This document shows, piece after piece, positions 53,617-64,000 of a DNA stretch of 64,000 nt. Under the pieces are notes generated by a model, which was not told the DNA's origin, searched no databases, and saw only the letters and a list, made by a program, of their open reading frames with translations. Made by a program: the position numbers and the translations under genes. This stretch comes from Octopus sinensis (Eukaryota). The number at the start of each line of letters is the position of its first letter. Position 1 is the first letter of the stretch. Location of the stretch: the NCBI RefSeq assembly GCF_006345805.1, contig NC_043001.1, positions 58,838,001 through 58,902,000 of the forward strand. The letters run 5' to 3'.

Positions 53617-56600
53617 AGCGTGGATCACCCCATCATGAACAGCATCGTACCCATCGCTGTCATATTTCTATTAGCACGTGAAAAGCTGGCCTTCAGGTAG
53701 ATCTCCTTGTATTTTCTTTAACGCTAGCTGTTCGTTGTGACTTCGTGCAGTTTTCATAATTAATATGGTAGTTGGGTCCCGAATTCTGTTCTACACAATT
53801 TTATCGTCTCGGTTAAAGCCCTCAGCTTTTATCTTCGCAGGTACTGAATGTTTTAACTCGGAGAAGCTTTTCTAATTTGGATTCCAGTGTGGCTCCCAAG
53901 CACAGATCACCGCTCAGTTACATCACTGGTGTAGCAGCGGATACATCAGTATGTTTCCTAATGTAATTATTTTACAAAATCTAAGGTGTGCTCAATTTGT
54001 AGTGGTTTAACATCACACCGAGAGTACCGTAATTTCTAGGTTAGCCGCGTATATATTTGTCGACACGGTGGTCTCTTGGCAGGTATTTTTGTCATGTATA
54101 GTTTGTAGCAATTCTTCCCAAAAGCCAGTCGAGAAACCACCTTCAGTGTTTATATGTACAAAACTGTGTAGATTTAAATCAGATGTTTTGCGGGTTGAGC
54201 TTTCACAAAGAAGTTAACTCTGTTGCTTGTTATAATTTTAAAAATACATAATTCTTCGGGTGGCTGCTCATCATCCGGTTAATGTTGTTTCAATGGAGTG
54301 CAAACATGAGCATCCCGTCTTTTCAGTGTTTATACGATTATATTTTCTAATTTATTCTTACATTATTCCAATGTTAAAGTTTTCTTTAGAGAAGAGTACA
54401 GTTCTTTCCACTAATTGCCTAAGGATCACATAATATTTCCACATACAGGTTCATTGTAATCTCATCGCTTGTAACGAAAATATGAGGAAGCTTGCTCTCA
54501 CCTTTTCCTCTCTTAATTTCTATGTATTTACACCTGCGTTTAAAGAAGAATATATATCAGAAACTTTTGATTCCTCCATTCCCTTCGTATATGAAATTTT
54601 CTGAAAACCTCTACGAATACTTTACGGATGAAATTTCACCGAGTAAACCAAATTTAGTTCCTCGTATCCCAGATTATATTTTAATTACATAAATTTAGTT
54701 GATTGTTTTCTTGTTTGTTTTCTTCATCTCCATGATATTCGTTCTTTAACAAAATTATTAGCAAAGACATTCCACACATTCTTATAACGTCCATTTTCTG
54801 AATGTGTCATCGTTGACTTGAAGTTGATATGCTGAGGGTTGATTAGTTGCTTTTTCTAGTAGGTGATGCAATCGTAGAGTTATTTCATCTGTTAATGGTA
54901 ACAATTTTAGTTGATGCAAATATTCTCGAGATGTGTAGATTTAAGATTTGATAAGGATTTGGATTTGAAATTTCCATCATAGATATCTTATAATTATCAT
55001 GGGATCCTGTATAGCAAATCTTATTGGAGACTAAGTGACATCCAATTAATATTTTCCTTGAATCTAAATCTCTCCCATCATTTCTGTGAATCTATACAAC
55101 AGTGATAAAATCTTTTGTCATATTTGAAGAAATAGCTTCTAATCGATTTATATTGGTTTATTCAGTTCTGCAACTGCTTTACATACGAAGGAATCACTTA
55201 AAGGAATTAAGTCATCAGGTCTGGTAATAAAAACGAGCAGCATATTTTAAAACATATATCACCCTGGTCAGTTTAGGCCAGGAAAATATGCCAAGAATTT
55301 AACCCCACCCCCAACAGATGCATATGTGCACACACACACACATATATACGTATACATATACACACGCACACACACTTTGGATACATAGAAATACGCAAAG
55401 TAAGAAACAGAGGGTAATAGTCCACTAGTTGCAATCTGTTAGCTCAGACGCTGTTCTAAATGTGAATATTCAATTAGTTTCAAGCAATCATAACTATAAC
55501 TTACGCTGGAATAGATACAGAGCAAAGGAATCGATCTCAACTGCATCTTTCATAATCGTCATTTAAATACCTATCTTCTACAATTTCTGAGTATTGCTGA
55601 TTTTCACAACCTTCTTTATAGTTTTTGTGATGTCTTTTTTAATGAATTTTATTTTTCATGCTTGTTCACGTTCTTCAGGATTCGATTGTTATTATCATTT
55701 ACATGACCACACGATATGAATTATCTAAAAATATACGATCCCTTGTAACTATCCTGTAGTAGGATGGCTGTTTGACTAATTTTTGTAGCAGAATTTGTCT
55801 ACTCACTTATTTCACTGACGTTATACAAATTGTTGAGCAAATCCATGATTTCAGCTCACAACTTCTTCACTTACTAGACATATCAAACACACTCATTTAA
55901 GCGAATTACCAGTGCTTTATTTCTATTCTCACCTATATAATATTCAGGATATATACTTTCTCTCTCCTTTTATGGTAATATACGCACATTTCTTTTTCAT
56001 ATTACATTGTGCTATATACATCTCTGTGTTACTGTGTTAGTGACAGAGGATAACATCATTTATTATCTCTTCCTGCTTCAAACTAAAAATTACCTTTGTT
56101 ACATTTTCCCTTTCTCTCACTTTCACCTTCCTTGAATTCTGAAGTAAACCACATGATAAAAAATTATTTAACCTACCATTCACTTAGAAGCAATTTTTCT
56201 CTTAATATTTCAATTGATGACCCACGTAATCGGCAAGTCTCTCTCAAAATATCAACCATAGACGTTCGTTCTCATACATAACAAAATACTTTCCCTGAGT
56301 TACAGCCATGACACTTGTTGTTCGTCTGGTAATAGCAGTTATTTCTGGATTCAGGAATTGAATGGCTGAATATTCCGAAACGATATGTACACTGGACCCA
56401 ATCATCAAACAGAATCAATTCAATGCAGTGTGAGACAAAACTGATTCCTTCAATTACAAAAATATTACGATGTACTTCCATGGAGTAATTCCTCTACAGA
56501 ATATCATGCAATGATATCCATAAGAAATGAGAAGATAAAATATTCGTTTTGTAACGGCGAGCTCCGTTTTTCGATGCTATTATTTCACACGATATCATAT

Positions 56601-56662
56601 AATAGGATCAAACCTGGGAGCTCGTGAGACGAACATTAAAAAATTCATAGAGTCTCACAGCT

Positions 56663-56716
<54 letters not shown>

Positions 56717-56849
56717 TTCTCCTTCTCTTTGTATCTCTCTTTCCATCACTTTCACAATGTTCTATTGTTCCTGTCGTTTCATTTTCTCACACATTCGGTA
56801 ATTCATTCTATCTATATATATTCATATTCCGCAACTCTCTCGCCCCTTC

Positions 56850-56888
<39 letters not shown>

Positions 56889-57071
56889 TGTGTGTGTGTG
56901 TATGTGTGTGTGTGTGTGTATGTGAGTGTGTATGCGTATGTATGTATTTGTGTGCGTGCATATTAAATGCCTAGACTACACATGTACAGAAACTCAAATA
57001 CATAGTATTTATATGCACACAACCTACAGGTATATGTTACATTTATATATGTGCGTAAGTGTGTATGCATA

Positions 57072-57144
<73 letters not shown>

Positions 57145-58277
57145 CACATACATATACATGTATATATATATGTGTGTGCGTGTGTGTGTGTGTGGTATGT
57201 GTGCGTGTGTGTGTGTCGAGAGATAGATAGAGAGAGAGAAGCAATGATGTGGAAATGGGAGAGAAGGAGAGATCAATAATAGGTAAGAACCATAGTGGTC
57301 ACTCGAAGGCATATCTTTTACTGATTATTTTATCTGTAGGCAATTTAACAATTTACTTTATTCCAACTACGTAACCGCTACTTATCGCAGTCAGAATGAT
57401 AGGCAGTTAACAATCTTGGCAAGAGACATCATCTACTTCCCGAGGCAAAATGTTCACTACCCGTCTACGTAAATTCCTATATTTCCTTGCATTTATAGTA
57501 ATAGTTGCAATATAAAATCAATGCCTTTTGAAGGTCAATTTTATCGGATTATATCTTAGTTTTATTTTGGAAACATATTATTTTATGCATTTTACTGTGA
57601 AGTGGATATGTATGAACTCAAATATAGACCCGCAGGGCAATCGCATTAGTTGTACTGCTGTCAAGTATGCGTAAATTGCTGATTTAGTGTTAATAACAAT
57701 CCAAGAAGGGTTTATAGATCTCGTAAAAGTCTATATACATTTCACCAGTTAAGTTAAATCGAATATCACAGAGTCACATGCTATATGTCCCCATACTTTT
57801 CTATTTCGAAATATTGTAAAATTTATTGCGGTCAAAAATACATAACAGTCGTGGAAACTGGAATACTTTTCATACTGATGTTATCATATTTTAAGCGAAT
57901 GTAATATATTTAAAAAAATATTTTTATACTTCGAGAATTGGCCATTAAGTTCCATTTGAAAACATCTCAAACCATTTTGCTTCATTACTGAAGAAAGATA
58001 ATTTACTAAACAAATAAGTATAAATGGATGGTTATTGAAAACAGATGTATATTTCAGCGATGTTGTTTGCAGTAATTGATCCATCTATTATTCTTTTATT
58101 CCGTTACTTGTTTCAGTCATATGACACAAATTCGTCGCAAAACTCGTCAAGGATTGAACTTCGTTTGCTCCTCCTTAAGCTGATTAGTTGATTGAAAAGA
58201 ATGAGAATATAAAGCAAGATGAGAATATAAAACAATTCATACCTATTTTCTATTCAAATGAGTGATAAGATATTAAG

Positions 58278-58364
<87 letters not shown>

Positions 58365-59339
58365 GCTTCGCAGCTGCGTTTATCAGTAAGGTGCCTAATG
58401 GCGTTTCAAACATTCGTATTGCATGCAAGATATACAAACTAATTATTGGACATTTTATTTGACATGTGTCAGCTTATTAAACTTCTCTGCAAACGATTCC
58501 CACATTGTTTCTCTACGCGATTTTGTAATGTTCTTTCTACTGCTTGTTTCATATTAAATTTGGTTTAGGTAAAATAATATCCAAACAACGGATTTCACAT
58601 CTTTTTCCCTAAAATCAGCATATAGTGACAGTACCTTAGTAAAGAGTCCCAATATGAAGAGATAGATAATTAGTTATTCCATTTATTTTACAAGAAAAGA
58701 ATGTTCTTGACCTGTTTATTTAGATAATCAATGTCCATATCTTAATTCGAGGATGAACGCACCCAATTATAAATTCGTTTCATTCTCGCTAATTAAACAG
58801 AAAATAACATTATCATGATGATTTTATAAATGTTTATCATAGTACAAACTCAAGAGCAGTATTACATACACACACGCACACACACACATACACACACATA
58901 CATACAAATATACATACATATACACGCACATATATATATACACGTGTAACTCTAAACACACACACGCACGCACGCACACACACATACACACACACACACC
59001 TAAATATATATATAAACTTGACAAATACGCAAAGTCAATAACAACATGATAATTCATGATTTGTTGAATTAGTTTTACGTATAGTCATGTTTTGCTGAAT
59101 CGCCTCTCAAACGTTTTCGTTCATGTAAGATATAATCTAAGATAATCAGAAATTATAATCTTCGATATCAATTATTCGAATGAGTATTCTATATGGATGT
59201 TTCGATTTCATATTGAATGAACTTTTAACTCCATGGCTAATAATATATCCTAAATAAACATGGGATCACTATAACAGAGTAAGTAGTAACTATTCTAAGA
59301 TGTAATGTTTATCGCCACCTCAAATTGGTTTTATTTGTT

Positions 59340-59490
59340 CTTCACCACCACTTGACAATGGGCGTTAATGTGTTTATGTCCCTGTAACTTAGTGGTTCGG
59401 TAACAGACCCAAACTGAATAAGTATCAGACTTAAAATGCGATTCATTCAACTTAAAACTGTTCACGGTGGTGTTTAAGCATGGCCGCAGT
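59340..59490 (+). mobile_element. Degraded 3' half of the CORE-like SINE
   Basis: CTTGACAA...GTCCCTGTAACTTAGTGGTTCGG...AGCATGGCCGCAG. Confidence 0.65.
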
Positions 59491-62400
59491 TTAATTATTA
59501 TCACAAATAAAATAATAACAAAAGTATATATAGACATGTGACATATGCGAAAATGTTCCAATGTCTGTTTACCAACCGCATATCTCACTCGATGTCCTCA
59601 GCAAGTCATATCTTTAGCATAGGCTGAAAAATTATTTGGAAGACGTGAGTAATGTAATGACCGTTACCATAGACGAAGTCTAATACATTTCATGTAGGAT
59701 ATTTATATTTTGGAGTGCACTTGATATTACATTCTGGTCTACTCCTTCATTTAATGATAAATATCTGTTCATACAGCGTCTATTAACATTTAATAGATTT
59801 TCGAATTTCAACACAAAGACACCTTTCTAATCTTATTCATTTTCACCAAACCTATTATATGATGTCGATAATGACTTTCTCTTAAATGTAACTATTATCA
59901 ACAATTTAAAATATCTATTAGGTTTAAATAATTATTTAGTGTAATATTATTTAAAGTGAGATAAGAAACTGAAATTCACATAAATGTTATTCAGAGTTAT
60001 GTCTTGAATAATTTTATCCACCTACATTCAGCACAATATATATTTAGAAGAACGGAAATTTTGTGAAATACCATGTTAAAACCATAGCGCACATGTTTCT
60101 TAACGGATGGATATCATCAACATTGGTATCGGTTGTAATTCATCCCCAAATTATATTTGCATGTCGAAACTTATTCTCATATATCATTGCGATTAAAATG
60201 AACATTAACACTAATTTCAGATCAAGTAATAATCATATTGGTAAGTGTGGTGCTGAAACCTGGATTCTCAGACTAATTTCAGTTTTTCGATGGAAGACGT
60301 AAACTACAGGTAATCTACAAATCCTGTTATCAATCTTACCTCATATGAATATATGTTAGTGGGTGAACAGGTATAATATTTAATGTTTTCTTTTTCAAAA
60401 AAGTCGCAAGCACAAACTGATTGGCTTACCACAACATAGTCTCTTAGACAATATATGAAATCCATTTAACCTTCTAATATTCATGGTGCTGAGAAATCTA
60501 TTTGCATTCATTTGTCCTACCCACCAATGTATGATATTTCCAGCAGATATCTCTAGCACACTTTATGTTACAAGATCTGGAAGCACATTACTAGAAACAA
60601 GAAAATTTCTGTTAAAAATTTGGTTTCTTTTGTATTATAAATAGAACACAAACAAATATTATATTTTAAAAATCTTTGCAGAATTAATATTATCGAAGTT
60701 GTCAAGTTATATTTACTTGAATGTCGGTTGTTACTGAAACAGTTCTGTATGTTTTAATAATATCTTCTTAGAAGTTTATTACTACCTAGTAGAATTCTTA
60801 CTCATATTATACTGGGCTAATTTCATAGATATATATATATATACATGTGTGCGCGCGCGCGTGTGTGTGTGTATGTGTGTAAATGTGTGCATGAGTGTGT
60901 ACTTCTTAACGCATAGATATTATTTTGCATAAATTTGCATAAAACTGTACGATACATATAGTTGAAAGACTACCGACCTCCGATAGCTTAAAATTATTGC
61001 AAAATAGATATTAAGTGGTCGACAAAGGATACGGTATTGAATTGTTTGCAATATCCAATGCAAGATCCATTGTGCGATCCGTCTATTATAATGATTCATT
61101 CTGACAGTGTGATACCTGGCAAATCTCTTCGGAGCTTGTTAAATCGTGGAATTAGCATAAATTAATTGAAACAATAATGAATATTTTCATAGGAAGGCCA
61201 TAACATGTAGAATGTTATCTAATACCTTTATCTTAATCTATCAAATATGTAATTGCTTAAATCTATGACAGTGTACAACGCCGAAGAATATGCGTGATGT
61301 ACTAAAGATTTACACAAGTCCGTTTAAATTTATTATGAGACATATCCATTTTAAAAACAATTCTCCGCTTTTTTCTGAACATCCTTTTCAACTGTCATGA
61401 CAACATTTATTAGAGAACACCTTATCCTCGCCGAAACAATCAACAATTCAATTTATATCACTGATCTGAATTTCTCAGTAACTGTCAGATGCGATATAGT
61501 ACAAGACAAAAATATTTTTCATCGTTCTCTTAACCTTCAAATTACGTGGATTAAATCCCGGTTGCACCTAATTTTAACATACTCCCAGTCATACAGCAGA
61601 AAAACCATATAATGTACTACTAGTTGTATATTAGTTTGTTTAGATGAAAATCACTTTTCTTGATAATATAATTTACTATTTAGTACAGTGGTGACACAGT
61701 ATAAACACGCCAAGCAACTGGAACAGTTATTACTTAAATAAGCCTTCTGCCTTCAAACAAAGCAAAGCACAGTTTTTTAAGCAAAATAAACTTACATAAA
61801 CTTCTGGGTACAGATTTTCTGGGCTGTAAGTTATTAGATATGCTGATACAAACGCCTCTTGAGTGTACTTCCCATTCATCTGACATAAGATTAAAATAGA
61901 ATAGTCCTACACGTTTGCAAATTTGAGCAACAAATTCATACTTTCATATAGCAATTATCGTTAAGTCTATCAAAACCGGCTTGGTTGATGAAAGAACGCA
62001 ATCCAACTGCCTTCAAACAAAATTAGATGTGTGGGAGCATAGTCAACAATACAAGAAACAGATCTATAATTCAGACTGAACATTCAAGTGACATGTAAAT
62101 TAAAAGAATTTTCATCCATCCCGTTTCAAGCTTCAGAAGTTGATATATATGGAAAAAAGTCAAGGTAGAAAATGCTAAAATAATTTTATATAAAACATTT
62201 CAGTACCGGTTTCAGCCTTTGAGACTTTTTCAACTGTAAGTATGGAAAACAATGAACTTTTGGAAAAATTAAACGAATAGTTTTTTAAAAGAATATTTGT
62301 ATAGTATTCAAATACAAGGGGCATTTTCCTTGTTTCTGCATCTCTCTGTCTCTCTTGTTTACTCTTGTGGGTTAGCATAGTACTTCGCGATAGCTGGCAT

Positions 62401-63230
62401 CACAGATTAAACACTATTTTCTCTCCAGTTACCATAAGAAATAATATGTTTATTCAGCAATCAAGAACATAGTGTTTCATGAATTACTGTCGTGTTTACG
62501 TGTGTGTGTTGGGGGGATTATGCGTTCGCGCGTGCGCACATGAGCTGTTCCGCTAAATTAGCGTCTAGCAAATGCTTCGAATTTAGAAAATATGTAAAAG
62601 AGAAGAAACACTGCACTGTGGAAAAAAATACTGGTTGAAATTTGGTGGTTCACTTTTAAGTAAGAATTATTGAATATTTGCCATTACTTGCAAAAGAATT
62701 TACACACATCGACAGTTTAGAGCTAGTACATATTTACTTGAGTAACCTATGCTGAAAATCATTCTGGGCATGACTGCCATCTTTTTTCTATGTGTTCATA
62801 CTTCCTTACTTAATTAAAACGGAGGCATTTGATTGGATGGAAATTACCTGCATGATTTTGCTTAATATGCAAAAAGGTGGAAGGAACGTTGAGAACTTAG
62901 GATGAGGTATCTAGTAAGGATACGCATAATTTTTTCTCTTATCATTTTTGTATAGCAATGTTCGTAAATTCTTTGCTTTTTTAATTCGTCCGTAAAGTGT
63001 TCTCTATTCTTTATGTAGTATCAAAATAATAATCTCGCTTCTCTTTTGGAGCTGGTTCCAGTTTTACCATGCTATTTCTTATTTGCAAACAAAGGGTCTA
63101 TAAATTCGATAACTCAAGAATTTATCGAAACATATTTAATATAATCTCATCCGTTTGTGTTTTTTGAAATACATGCTAAATATCATTTCTGAGTTATTTC
63201 TGTCAGCTCTAAATTGTTATATTTTTATAT

Positions 63231-63266
<36 letters not shown>

Positions 63267-63299
63267 ATGTGTGTGTGTGTGTGTGTGTGGTATGAATGT

Positions 63300-63660
63300 G
63301 CAAGAATTCGAGGTATCCGGGATTTTAGGAGAATTCTTGCTTGACTTTATAAACAGTGGAACTAGAATGTCGCAGCCTGAGGATGTTTCACCAATTTTCT
63401 GTAGAGGCCCACGTGGATATCTATTGGAACAATTGTTGCTTGATGTGGGTGTATTTGGTTTGCTGTCAGTTATAAAATCAACCCCTTTCACCAAATGTCT
63501 GCAGTAAGGCTGCATGCTAATAGCAGTATCTGAATGCAATCTAACAGTAAAATCAATAAACTATCAACAAATGTAATTCTAGACTGCATTTACTGGACTA
63601 GCCTGAACTTTGATCTCCTCCTTCGAAAAACGTTACTTGTGATTCTCTGAGCTCATACAG
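63300..63660 (-). mobile_element. Possible degraded Gypsy RNase H remnant
   Basis: YCRHLVKGVDFITDSKP...RYPR loosely resembles the Gypsy RH motif FRHxLEGxxFxxxTDHKPL. No LTRs seen. Confidence 0.35.
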
Positions 63661-63689
63661 TGAATATAGGTTTATGAAAACCCTTCAGA

Positions 63690-63878
63690 ACAATGACACG
63701 TAATTTACAAATGTGGAAGTGGTGAAGAAAAAAACATGACGGTGGCGTTAAAATTCACTGCTTCGAACAGGGAAAAACGCGCCTGGCCGATGCACTGCTT
63801 CAAATGAGGGAAGCTTAGAAGCGACAAAATCTGAATTTGTGCAACGAATAATTCCGGTCACTTTTGGGTACACCCTCG
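63690..63878 (+). mobile_element. Mariner 3' end with TIR
   Basis: C-terminal CTASNEGSLEAT-like remnant; TIR (rc) CGAGGGTGTACCCAAAAGTGACCGGAATT followed by TA at 63879-63880. Confidence 0.75.
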
Positions 63879-64000
63879 TATAAGGCTGCATATAGATGCT
63901 TACACGCATATATGAAAAATGTCTATCCGTTTGGTACCTAACTATATACGGCTAGAAAAGAACTGACGACTTTCTAAACGATGCCAGTCATTATATTAGA

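Overview
AT-rich, microsatellite-dense eukaryotic DNA made almost entirely of transposon debris and non-coding sequence. The repeat repertoire suggests a coleoid cephalopod such as Octopus; this is an inference from recalled repeat families and was not searched. No host gene can be called with confidence, and there is no rRNA, intact tRNA or CRISPR array. Contents: (i) a rearranged Penelope-like element (PLE; GIY-YIG endonuclease) ending in a well-formed type I hammerhead ribozyme; (ii) three copies of a second hammerhead-bearing repeat, one of which keeps a tRNA-like Pol III head joined to the ribozyme by an (AAT)n linker; (iii) seven fragments of R4/Dong-clade RLE non-LTR retrotransposons, most of them joined to (TAA)n tracts; (iv) four copies of a ~550-bp non-coding element, also embedded in (AAT)n, three of them directly behind R4 tails; (v) a GC-richer CR1-type LINE lacking its 3' end; (vi) five Tc1/mariner remnants; (vii) many tRNA-derived SINEs and simple repeats. 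Most ORFs in the supplied track are microsatellite or antisense artefacts. All comparisons were made by eye, so boundaries of degraded elements are approximate.
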